A stretch of DNA of 64,000 nt, from the NCBI GenBank assembly GCA_964057225.1, contig OZ059900.1, positions 10,354,001 to 10,418,000 on the forward strand. The letters are read 5' to 3'. Both the position numbers and the translations under genes were made by a program. This stretch comes from Auanema rhodensis. Its lineage: Eukaryota > Animalia > Nematoda. Shown one piece after another: positions 51,307 through 64,000 of this stretch. Under the pieces are notes generated by a model, which was not told the DNA's origin, made no database searches, and worked only from the letters and a program-made list of their open reading frames with translations. Each line of letters opens with the position of its first letter. Position 1 is the stretch's first letter.

Positions 51307-54300
51307 CGACCAATACGAAATAAAATAATTTTGTACTGAAAATATAATAAAAAATAAAAATAAAAATAAAAATAAAAAGTTAATTTAGCAGAAAATAATA
51401 ATAAATAAGCAGTTATACAATGATTTTACAAACAAGCAATTCAAGCGTTCAGCATGTAAAGATAGAAATTGTTGAGATCCAATGAGACGGAATACTATAT
51501 AAAACTATACAAAAATGAATGAAAAGAAAGCTTATTGCATAGTTTTGAATAAGAAAATTATAGTAAAATTCATCAAGAAATCGTATAATATATTGTTTTC
51601 CAATAAATTAATACTAAATTAATATAATAAACAAAAACGTTTAGTTCAAGTTGAAAAATGTTTATATGATGCGACAGCTGAGTACCACAAAGTTGCGTTG
51701 AAGCCGCCGCAACATGGAGTTAAAAGATGGAGACAGCGAACGGAATATGACAGAGAATGATACTTGAAATACAATTGATGTCAAAATATTCTAGATAGTA
51801 ACAAATCTCCTCCAATAAACCAATAGACAAAGAGTACACAATCTTGAGAGATAGACAGTGAAAATAAAATGAAGAAGAGACTATGAAGAGAAATGATGCA
51901 ATAGATTGAATAAGAGATGTAAAATATACATGAAATGAAATATATATTCTATACCAACTACTTTGTCTCTGACAATGACATATTTATAAAGTTATTGACA
52001 CCATCAGGACGTATCTTGGCGATTTCGCAGCTTACAATGCACTGGGGAATAATTTTGGATTCTTAAAGTCAAAGTCAGTCACTTTCTCGTTCGCTTTTCG
52101 TCTTTAGTCTTTTCCGAATATCATGAATCAAGCATCTGTCTATTGTCTTTACATACTACCTAACGCCTATATTCCGATGAGAGTCGTCTGAGCGTCGGCT
52201 CATCTATGTGAAACAGAACGTCTACATGCAAGCACAAAGCAGCAAAAATGGACGAGCATAAGATGAACAAGTAGCAACTATTAAAGAATATAGGAAAATA
52301 TCGATATGTTATGCTACTTCATACTATTATCTGAGACAACATTATGAATTATCTGTTGTATTTCATCTACAGTTTGCAAAACCTCGAACAACATTATATA
52401 GACATCAGAAGAGATTAATGATATATTCAGACGCGTACAAGCAATAATATTGCGACGAATGACAATATAGAGAAGAAACAAGGCTAATCATGGCGATAAT
52501 ATAGCATTATTCTGCGCCCTTATCTAGTATATAGGTAATTTATGTGATATATAGTGAAATACTAGATGAACTCGTTTTATTTATTTTGTGTTTAAAGTCA
52601 TAAAATATTGTATTTAGAACAGTTTATGATGTTTTAAATCTGTAACACTAACTGAAGCCATTCGTTGAATATCACATATTTCATTATAAATTATGATATA
52701 GCATAATAAAAGAATAATTAGAACGTTTTGTAAATGATGAACCAAAACAATAATTCAAATGAATATCTATAATGTGTTTTTCATAATACATTCAAGAAAA
52801 TCATTGAAGTGATGATTGAATTGATTGTCAATGCATTGCTTCTAATGCGTATAGACAGCAGAAGGTAACAGCTGAACAGGCGGTTATGCTTTCAAATACG
52901 TTTGCTGAGATATTGCAGTGTTCATGAACATGGTCATGCTGTTATTGTTGGTGATGATGATGATGAAGATTCAGCATCCAAAAAGCAATGAAAATGATGA
53001 TGAAGACAGCTGCAAATGCCGAGCAAGAGGCACACAGCCTTCTGAACATCTGCCAAACATTTTTCTGGCAGAAATTCATTGGGTAGGGGTCATTTTCTAT
53101 CATCAATCTCTTCCTCTCTCACTGTCTATGTCTAATTTCTGTGTTTTTTTTTCAGCTTCTCTCTGAACACTCACAGCCAAACATTCATGAATGTATATTT
53201 AAAAAAATGAAGGAAAACATACGAAGAGAAAGATAGACATGCAGAATCTGAATATAATATTTCTTCTTTTGTCTTGGACCAAGTGTGAATGAATGAATAA
53301 GTGCAGCACGCCTTCTTCAAACCCTCTTGCCTCAGTTTCATTCTTAACGCTCAACTATTTTTTAAAAGTCATGCTGTCAATGTGTTTGCTTTTTGAAAAT
53401 TAATGAAGACATGTTGATGATGATACTCAAATGGTCAATGCAGTACTTGTAGTCTTCATGTCGGCAAAGCAACATACTGCTTCATCTGGTATTGAAAGAA
53501 CATTTCACCAGACAGCGTTTGGTTTCTAAACATGTTGACCTTTGATATATACTGCACGATGATGGTCATAACGGCCCAAATATTAGTTTTTGACCAAGAG
53601 TCTGTAATAAACTTGAAGGGCAAAGTTGAATTTGGCAAAAACTCTTCAACTAACAAGAGAAAAAAGAATTTCGTTGAAGATATATTTCAAAGGTTTGATT
53701 TTAGGGCATTCATGAAAGAACAAACTATTCAAACAAGAAGCATAGCCTATTTTTATTTATGTATGAAAAAAAAACGAAACTAAAACAATGTTATAACGAA
53801 ATTCAGGAAAAATTTTGAAAGCCATCGTTATACAACTGCGTTTTACAAAATGAACATCACAACTGAAGTAGAAGACTTTGTTTTTGTATCACAAATTTGG
53901 ATGAGGGGGAACGTCTTTCATCAGTTCAAACAGCTATGACGGATACCCTATTTTTTCAAGTTTGCGCTTGAGCACTATGATGTAATATTTTTATGAAAAA
54001 GTTTTTTTTTGAGAAAAAAAGTGAAAAATGAATAAAACATGTCTATATTCTTTATAATATATATATACATAATACTAAAGGACAAAATCTTAAGCAAACA
54101 CCAAAAATGAACAAAGAATCGTTGACAGAATAATCTTTTAAAAAGAAAAAAATAACAAATTGGCAGATAGTAATTATTAGAAATGAATTGATAGTGCAAA
54201 TAATATTTGCAGACTCGAGAAATGAATGAATGCTAACAACGGCGTGTGACATCCATTACACTATCAATACAGAGAAGACGTAAGAGATATTCAATTGAAA

Positions 54301-54798
54301 CAGGTTTCATTTTTCTATTAATTAGTGTTTTTAAGAAGAAATGAATACTTCCGTATGTTAAAAAGTGTAGCAAGAAAAGCTTTTTTTTGTTTGGAAAAGT
54401 CATAGAGGAAATGGTGTTGTGGGTATGTCAGGAAGAAGGCGCAGCAAACAATGCTTGAAGTTCATTACTATTTGAAAATATTTAATGGAAAAAACGTTAG
54501 GTATTCTCGTTTTCAAGTAAATGTAACCAACTGGTATAGAAATTTAGTGAGTTCGTAACATTTTCTACATCTAACTCAAAGATTTTTATGGAATTGGTCT
54601 TTAAATATTGCTTCAAATAGACAATGCTTTAATAAATTAATGCATGAACTTAGGATATTTATGGAGAGAAATTGCAACATTTTTTCTACTCGCATAAAAT
54701 GAAATGATGCAATTACATTGAAGTAACTAGCTTTTCATTGAATTAAATGCCTCGTGCTATATCTCTAACCTTATTCTCTGTTTCCGCACCAATCTGTC

Positions 54799-54829
<31 letters not shown>

Positions 54830-56169
54830 TCTAATCTCTCTCTTTCTTACTGTCATTGTCTCCGATTCTCTAAATCATTTCTCTGAAAAACATATGCATT
54901 TGTACTCTGTCATTACAAGTTCCTGTCTTTATATATCAAAGTATGTTGTCATTCAGTGCAACCAACACATAATACATAAACGGATTTCTGTCGAACATGA
55001 TTGTCAAGGCAAGTCTGTCAGGTACAAGAATAATTATATATTAACATCAATTTGAAAAAATAATAACAAGTAAATAAAAGTGTTGTCTCTCCAACCAGTT
55101 CAACACAAATAGAGAGAGAATAGAAAAAGAAAGAGAGAATTATCAAGAATAAAGAGATAAAAAAGAATAGATCGGCATATTCGAAGTATAAAAAAGATTA
55201 TATCCTCTTTTCATTTTTAAAAAAAAACAAGAAAGAAATGTTCGAACAAAAAAAAACATAAAAACAGCTTCAATCATCTGCTCTATAACATTTAATTTCA
55301 AAAAAAATTGTATGATTCAAATAAACGTATCTAATGAGCCATAAAACTAACAAACGTTCTGTACTATCAACTGTGCTTTTCAAAATTTCGTTTTTCTACA
55401 TTTTCTAAGCAGTTTATTGAAAAAAAGCAATACATATCTACAGATGTTGAATGATTCAAAAAAAAAAGACTCATACACATACACAGAATTAAGAGAGAAA
55501 CATAGAAAGAGAGAAAAAACAATGAGAGAAAAAAAAACAGAAAAAAGAGAGAAAAAGGAGAAACTTAAAGATAAATCTATAATAAAGCATGTAAGAGACA
55601 ATTAAAGATACTGTTTTACTAAAATTGTACTAATAAAGGATTTAAGAAAAAGTGAAGATGGAATTTTAGACTCGAATTTTCAAAAATTCAATAAGCTATA
55701 GAAATTACAAAAAAAATAAATAAGAATAGGCATAAAATTTGTGTTATTTCAATATTTTAAATCTAAAATTAAGAATTCATATTTGTAAAATAATTCTAAA
55801 ACACGACGTGTGTTAGAGGAACTGCAGAAATAATTCAGGTTCATATGATGTGAAAAAAGGCTAAAAATGTTAAAATATGTTTCAATTAAGTATTAATTTT
55901 AATGAAATTATTGATGATAATTGCATCAAAAAGGAGAAACAATATCTAATTAATTCACATAATATTCTAGTCAATCAGCGCTGTCAAGATACAGCCTACA
56001 CATGGCATATTACATGTGACTGTTTCAAGCAAAAGCAACTGCTTATAAAGTGCTGGCAATGTATAAGCTGTTAGTTTACAAGCTGTAAAACTAGGGTAAA
56101 GGTTCGCAACATCAAGTATATTTGATGATTAGTACGAGAAGACATAAAGTGATTTGATACATACAGATA

Positions 56170-56173
<4 letters not shown>

Positions 56174-56215
<42 letters not shown>
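56174..56215. repeat. (GA)n microsatellite in the 3' flank/UTR of the P5B ATPase gene
   Basis: About 21 GA units seen directly. Confidence 0.95.
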
Positions 56216-56218
<3 letters not shown>

Positions 56219-56302
56219 TGAGCAAAAAGAGAGAGGAGGAGAGATATTGAAAAAGCTAACGTTGTTGCGGAACAGAAATTGCAGACAGCTGGTAAATGCG
56301 CA

Positions 56303-59300
56303 TTAGATACGTGTAGTAACTACACTTATACAACTGGAAGGTTCAATGGATGTTCCCGTTTCCTTGCGTGGCACTTCAGACGCCTTATGAATCAGATCAG
56401 CCACATCAAGCAAGAAATCTGGCATATCTTCATATTGTTGTTGTAGCTTTTTATATTGGCGTTTAGCAGCTTCATCATTACGTTGCCAGAAGGGATCAAT
56501 TCTAAAATTTTAATGATTTTTTAAATGATTTCTTAATTAGTCATTTTTATGTTTCAACTTTTTTCTCACATGTTTCAAAACGATTAAGCATCTTAATTTC
56601 TCATTTTGTCAGCTGTTTAACAAATAAAATGACAAGAACATCAACTTTTATGATTTTTTTCATTAAAGTTCACTGATTTTCTATCATCTTTGTCTAATGA
56701 ACTATGATTTAGTATAATTACGTTACGTATAAATTTAATTTAAAAATACTTATTGATTGAGAAAATAAACTTAATACTTTGTTGTTATCACATGTACTTA
56801 ATTTAAAATATATTTAAATACTCACCCAAATTTCTTCCACAACCAATCTGTTTCAATAACAAGACGTTGAAATAGCCAACTGATAGCACAACAACAACAT
56901 GACAGGATAATAATCAGCAAGCGATAATCAAAATCGGGAATAGGGTCAAACTCCAAAAATCGAATAATCCATGCTGGTGGCCAAAGTACAATATAAAGGG
57001 ATACCTAATACAGTATAGTTGAAATAATTATAAATTGATTAATTTGTATAAACTTACAGATGTGATAAGGACGAGAATCAAACAGAGCCATTTGTTGGTG
57101 AAAAGCGTCTTACGGTGTGGTGGGCCAGTGTTGTACACAAATGCCAATGTAATGTATTGGAAGCAACTACCGCAAAATACGGCTGTACCCTGCATACTGC
57201 GTTTGTTTTCAGCTCCATCATCACCTTCAGGTACAGCATAAGGCGTAAACCATGCTTGCTGAGGAGTTATTACGAAGAGAAGCATCTGAAAGAACACAAA
57301 GCATACGGTTTTTGAACAGCTAGTAAATAAGTATCTTGTTTTATGAAAACTAACCTGAAAAGCTCCCATAATGAAAAGTTGTCCGAGGATAGAGATGACA
57401 CTGGACCATGAAAGAAGGCGTGTTGGAGGTGGCTTGCAGTATAAGCGATCACTTGCTGGAGTATTACCGAAGAAAAGGGCAACCAGGGTAATCAGGAACA
57501 TATCGATGTATAAGAACTGCATAGTTAATTGACGGTAAATTTGAATTCAATTGATTATTTACCTGGAAATCAGTCAAATTTGTTGAAATCCAATAGAGCA
57601 GCATAATGGAGGAGAATTGAGTCAAAGAATATGCGGCCATATACTTGAATACGCTAAACGATGTGACTAATGCAGCGCGTCCTTCACGAATTACAGATGG
57701 TACACAACGAATATCAGCAATCTGTAAAAAAAGAGACAATGTGAATGTTTCGTACACTATTCATAATATACGTTTGAAGTGAATGGAGCAGCAATTGATG
57801 CTTCAGCTTCTGAAAGAGAAATTCCAGCGTGAGCAGCTTTAAGAGCAGCACAATCATTAGCACCATCTCCACACATAGCCACAGTGTAATCAATCTAAAC
57901 GCTACATGAGAACTTGAATAATTTTCAATACTTACAGTTTGCAGATGATTAACAAGCTGCTGTTTTTGGTCCGGAGCCATGCGAGCAAACACGTCACAGA
58001 ACGAGACTAGTAGATCCATCAACTCCGGATAATATGTTGATATAACAGCAAATGTGGGACCTATATAACAGCAATATTTAAAAAAAATTATTAAATTTTC
58101 CTAACCGGATATAGCTAATTGGTATTTGCAATCTGTTACATAATTGATTCCTGATAAATATTCAGTTACAGATAAGCTTCCTCCTGTTGATGACTTGAAA
58201 TATGCATAGTTAACGTTTATAATTAAATTATATAAATACTTCTTTAATAACCAGACGTGGACGACCACCCTTATCATACTGGCTTTGCTCATGTTCAACC
58301 AAATAGGCAATTTTACTTTCTCTCATTATTCCACATTCACGTGCAACACTAAGAGCTGTCAATAGATTATCACCGGTAACCATGATGGTGCGAACATGAG
58401 CTCTAAAAAATTGAAATTGCAACAATTTAAAGATTAGTTGGTAAACCTGTTTAGTTCAATGATTGTTGCACGAGTAACTTTTTTGACACGATTTTCCAAG
58501 ACAACTAAACCCATAAAATCTAAATCGGCTTCAACCTAGAATATTCCTTATAATATTATGAATATTTGTTTGCGTATATACCTTATCTCTAGCAATCTTA
58601 GCAGCTCTAGCAAAATTCATGTCTAATTTCTTTTTAGCTAATGCTATAAGACGGTATCCATTCTTTGTATATTTGTCAACAACATCCTGAAATAAATCAT
58701 ACAACAATACGTTAGCATAACAATATTACCAGATAATCCGTTGGAAGAGTTGATGAATCACAAAGTGTTAAAATCTTTTCTGGTGATCCCTTACAGTATA
58801 ATGTCATATCATGCCCGGAGCCATCAGTGGGGTTAGCTACTATAACAGACATGCGTTGCAGATCCGAACTAAATAAATATTTCATTCATTTATAAAACTT
58901 ATATTATTACCTAAATGTAAATTGACGAATAATAGAATAATCATGATTCATTGGATGGAACGGACGATGAGCTTCTGGAGGTGTAACGACAGTTGGCTGC
59001 AAGGATTTCGATTTATCATCTATAATAGTAGCTTTTTTTACCTCGACGTTGTCAAATAGTTCGAGTTCACGTTCACGAGGAGTTCCATCAGCTTCAGATT
59101 CCTGTAACTCCCATCCAGTTTGTTGGAAAAGAATCAAATCCAAGGGGTCTCCATGCAACTTTCCTTCAATCCTTAAAAATTATAAGATTAGTTTGAGCTC
59201 ATTTGTTTTTTGTTTCTTACTTGGTAATTGAGTGACATGTAGCGAAAGCAACTATCAGTTCACCTTTATCAGGAAGAATAGAAGGATCAAGTTTACGCTG

Positions 59301-62300
59301 TTCCTGTAAGCATTTGATTCATAAGAATAGTATTGGAGTACGTGTATACAACCTTAGTGAACATTGGTTTGCCTTCAGTTTCTTGAACGGCTCTCAAGTT
59401 CTGGAAATCCAAACCATCTTCTGTTAGAGTTCCTGTCTTGTCAAAGCATACCTATAACACGTTGTTATTGCCAATTCATTCGTGATATGAGTTCTATGAA
59501 TCAGTTGAATTTCTACTAACCACATCAATAGCTCCACATGTGTTGATTGTTGTTGGAGAAATGCAGAAAATTTGTTTTTTCTTCAACCGACTATTAGCAT
59601 TGATTATTCCAACAGACATTGCAGCAGGAAGTGCTGGTGGAACTACTACAGTAATGATATCCAATGAACGTAAAATGATTTTTTTGATTGATGAGTCCCG
59701 AACAATCATAATTGCAATTGTATATGCAAATCCACATAATGCAATGCTGGATAAGAAGATAACGAACTGAAATAAAATTGGAATAACTGCCCGTTTCAAA
59801 TTGCTTCATTGATATAATTTTTTTATTATCCTTGCCTTAAGCAAATCACGAGTCAAACGGAAATCAACAGGTTTTGGGTACATAATTGATCGAACAAGTT
59901 GTCCCTTGAGAGTGGAATATCCAGTACGAAGGACAACAGCCTTTAAATGTTATTATGACATAAGCATTACATGAATTCGTCTTTTATTTTACCTTAACAT
60001 GTCCTCCTCCATAGATACGAGTTTGGAGAACTTGAGTTCCACAATAAAGGATATGTTTGGAATGTTTGTCATAAGAGAATTGAACATCAAATGATCCTTC
60101 ATCTGTTCCAGTCATAGCAACCTGATATCAAATGAGTTAATATGGATTGATTTCTGGTTACTATGAGCTTCTTCCATTAAAAAATTGATAAGTTGATATG
60201 ACCACTTTACCTTTGTGATAGGTACCGATTCACCAGTAAGCATACTTTCATTTACAATAACCGTTCCATTCATGAGTACCGCATCACATGGTAAAATGGA
60301 TTCATTTGCCGGTATTAGAAGAACATCGCCGTTTACAAGATCATCAGACATAACTTTTAGTGGTAATCCATTACGTATGACTGTTACTTCACTAACAGAT
60401 TCAACCATATCACGCAAACGCTTTTCTTGAGATCTACAGCAGATATTTGAGTTTTAATATTACAAAAAAGTAAAAGAAAAAACTAGTACCTTGTCTGCCA
60501 GACATCTAGCGCTATTGAAACAACAGTCATTAGTACGATAATTGAGGCATAAAATTCATAATCATCAGTAAACCATATAGTAACACTATAAATAAATGAT
60601 AAATATTATTTTTAAACTATTTATTCACCTGAATACTTGGAAAATATAAAATGGTGATAATACTTCCGTGAAAAGAAGTACCAGAATTGATTTTAGCTTA
60701 ACGTCTATAAGATTTTTTCCATAAAGTCCTTGTCGAGCGAATACGTCATCCTCATATAATCCATTTTTTAAGTCTGTATCCGTATAAGCGCTGACAGGAT
60801 TCTTAATATGGTAAAGATAATTATCATAATGTGCCAATCATTAAACTAACAGTGAGATCTATTGAAGATGGTGAGATCCATTCATCATTACGCCAGATGT
60901 ATTTTAGTTTACGGAAAGTAAACCATCTATAGTGATCAATTTGTGAATATGTTCCATTTCCCTGTAAGAATATATCATATTTCGTCATTGTAGTGAGTAG
61001 ATGTTAATGGAATTTCATAAGAATTCATTAAAAAATGAATGAATTAATGACATTTTAAGAGCAATTTGAGTATAAACATAGGGCATTCCGTTTATTTCTT
61101 CAGTAATCGCATGTTACCAATTTTCAAATCAATTATGTACTAAAAAAGTAATTTACTGCTTTTTTAAAATTTCTCTTCTTCACTGCGCTATATTTTTATT
61201 ATTCGAAATACATAGATATACTATATTATTCTAGGTTGATCTAGTTATACATTATTTTAAAGATTTTTTGTTGTATTTCTATAAATTTAAAGAAATCAAA
61301 TGTTTATTATTTTTTGTTGATTATCAACCGTCTCACTTAACAACTGGTTCCAAGCAAAGTTTTCTTTTTACTCACTTCGTTCCAAGAAAACACAATGTCG
61401 TTAACTTACGTTGTTAATGATAAGGGGAAAACCTGCTAAGCTTTTGGCACTTTTCACCGGACGAAAACCGCTAACTTTATTTTCATCTCTAAAATACAAT
61501 AAAATGTAAAAAAAATTTGGTTATTTTAAGAAAATTTGAAAAACCCTTAACGGTTTGCATGATAAGAACTTAAAAAGAAAATTAGAAAACCTAATTTTTA
61601 AATAAAAGAAATGAAATTGGAAAACTTACATGACGAATATGAAATCAGCGTCCTCATGAGAGCATTTAACCGCTCGGCATTTAACGTACAGATTCACATA
61701 CCAGTATTGGATCAAACGAAAGATGAACAATGTACAGATAGATAAAGCATATGAAGCAATCTGTATAGAAATTCGAATTCAAATATGATATCTGGCCTCT
61801 TACAGTTCGTTTCCAGCATCGCTTATACGCATAGAGATCGAGAGTATTTTCACCTGCTTGAACGGAAAGGTGATGTCCACTAATGGTCTTTTTCTTTCTT
61901 TCCCTCTCGCTCATACCCTGGGTTAGGATTGTTCTGTAGGACCCTAAATAGTGAATCATTTATAACTGAATTGTACTGATAGCCTATGAAGCATATGGGA
62001 ACTCAGAAAGATTTATAACCCTGTTCCAACTAATTTCAGCTGTCTGACTTACTTTGTACAATATCTGAACCTAACAGGCGACGATTTTCGTTAGACGGCT
62101 CGTATATAAAGCTCTGAATATATATGTTCACTAATTTAACATATAATTAATATATTTTAAAATTTTTCAAACTTGCATAAGTGTGTATATGCATATATCA
62201 TATTTTTCTTTTTTACTATTTTATGTTCTTACACTTTTATTGTTGCATGATGCAAGTTAGCAAAACAAAAATGAAACAAAGAAGCCGGTTTTCTTATAAG

Positions 62301-62601
62301 CTTTTGAAACTGATTGTATAAGCATTAATAGCTATTTATGATTTCATCTCATTCATGAAACAAAGAATAAACTATAAGTCAATTAGATAAGCAAAACAAA
62401 AAAATCTATTGATAAACGAGGTAAAAAACTTTCACATTGATTTAGACATTAAAAGCATTTTTCGTGCTCGGGTTATCTATAATTTTCATTTTGAATAGCA
62501 GCAACCTATTTGCAACAAAGTAAGCAGCTATGGCATGCTTTTCAAAATAGTGAAGGCATCGATTTGATTTGATAACTGCCAAACAGCTTGCAACCTACCA
62601 T
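56303..62601 (-). CDS. P5B-type ATPase (ATP13A2/3-like; CATP-5/6/7 family, putative polyamine transporter)
   Basis: [17 protein letters not shown] (P5B TM4 signature), phosphorylation motif [40 protein letters not shown] and [11 protein letters not shown]. Stop TAA is at 56303-56305. The 5' end (ATG-only exon at 62601, exon 62113-62053) is less certain; a second in-frame ATG lies at 61914. Confidence 0.95.
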
Positions 62602-64000
62602 TGTAGTGGTGCTGTTCTGTATCCGGTGACGATGTTGAAGATAGATGTCGAAAGAATTGGATTAATCCCTTTTTTACAGTCACAAAAGATCAAAAGTTTA
62701 TATGTTTGTTCAAGCTATATACGTTGTTCCTATTTACTTATTATGGCACTCAGTACTTTCTCGTGTCATAAACCATAATATCAAAACGTTGAACATTCAC
62801 TAATTCTTTCGTTTAAGCTATGTATTATAATTAATTATAGTATTTTAACCAAAAATACAATAGCTTGCGCGAAGTCTGTAGAAAGTAGATGATCTAGAGA
62901 CAGATACTTTGTTGTTAGAAGCTAAAATACCTATTTATAGAAGCAAAAATTAATACAAAATAAAGAAATATAAGCATAAGTATGAAATATGAATCACAAA
63001 CTAGAAGCATGGTTAGCAGAGCATCATTAATAAAAATAGCATAAAAGTATGCTTACTTACATACTTACATCTCGAAACTACTATAAACAACTTTGGCTAT
63101 AACTACTATTGATTAAACTGATTAGAATTCTTTTGCAAGTGTCGAGTATCAATAGATTACATATCAATCGATTGATTGCGCTGCTCATATTTCACACAAA
63201 TTATTTAAAAGTAAATGCTACAACCATGCGATCGATCGTACCGTAGTAAACAGGCACGTAGATGCAAAGTGCGAGTGTTCATTCGCGTGAGTGCTTCATG
63301 CAAATTCGAAACATGCAGTTTTTTAATTGCAATAATAAAAAGGAAGTGTTAGTGAGTATTCTATCTACATGCTTATGAGTATATCAATATATTATATATA
63401 AGCATCATGCAAGGGAAAGCGCAGGCAACATGCTGGCATCATGCCGATTAATAAAAAGTTCATGCATTCTGTTTTAACTTTGAAAGTTTATATTATTTGA
63501 AAAAAAGTTAAGTAAATGTATATCTATAGGTATATACATAGCAGTTGTGTTTGTTTATGTTTTTATACAATAGGTAATTACTTACTTAGTATACTGACTA
63601 AATAGGAATTATTTCAAGAAGTGCATAATATGACGCAATATTCTATTCAATGATCATTTAATGATAAAGAAAAAAGAAAACGAGACAGGTAAGATGGTAT
63701 TTGTGTTAAAGAAAAGGGTAAGAACGAAAAGTAAGCAGTTTGGTGTGTTATTAACCAAATCAAATAATATGTTGTTTAGAGTGATGAAAATCTACATGAA
63801 TTTTGTAGGAAGTAAGTAAAGTATTATCAGCAGTCAAAGAGCAATCCGAACTATCATACGTAAGTAGCGTGATAAATAGCTGTTGCTAATGCATTTAAGA
63901 TTAGTTTTTAAAAAAAAAACACAAAAAAATTATTATGGAAAACATTGCATTTTTTGTTATTGTAGCAAAAAACACATAGAAATATTCATCAATGGACTAC

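Noticed and set aside
52174-52215. CCGATGAG...hairpin...GAAAC resembling a hammerhead ribozyme core
   Set aside because: The core is CCGATGA rather than CTGANGA, and stems I and III cannot be formed.
63621-63630. Minus-strand TATTATGCAC matches the first 10 nt of mir-60 as recalled
   Set aside because: The rest of the mature sequence does not match and there is no precursor hairpin.

Overview
AT-rich eukaryotic DNA with many short (about 45-100 nt) GT-AG introns and TTTCAG-type acceptors, consistent with a rhabditid nematode; the species cannot be determined from the sequence. Splicing exons by hand gives 11 protein-coding genes. (1) ets-4-like PNT+ETS factor (+). (2) PBX-class TALE homeobox gene, ceh-60-like (-). 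(3) hen-1-like secreted single-LDLa protein (+). (4) GT10 alpha-1,3-fucosyltransferase (+). (5) A near-ectodomain-less FGFR-like pseudokinase (-). (6) The FGF receptor egl-15, with a mutually exclusive 5B/5A exon pair and its RBFOX/SUP-12-type element (-). (7) An orphan type-I membrane protein with a three-finger-like Cys module and 10-aa repeats (-). (8) A 58-aa predicted lipid-anchored microprotein carrying both calcineurin docking motifs (-). (9) A stargazin/TARP-like stg gene (-). (10) A 204-aa 10-Cys GPI-type protein (-). (11) A P5B ATPase (-). The correct frames of genes 8 and 10 are not in the ORF track. The best leads for new biology are the microprotein, the pseudokinase lying in tandem with egl-15 and sharing its intron positions, and the Ly6-like gene upstream of the TARP gene. 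I found no tRNA, rRNA, CRISPR array or intact transposon. All gene models are manual, and orthology names are from recalled family features, not database searches.
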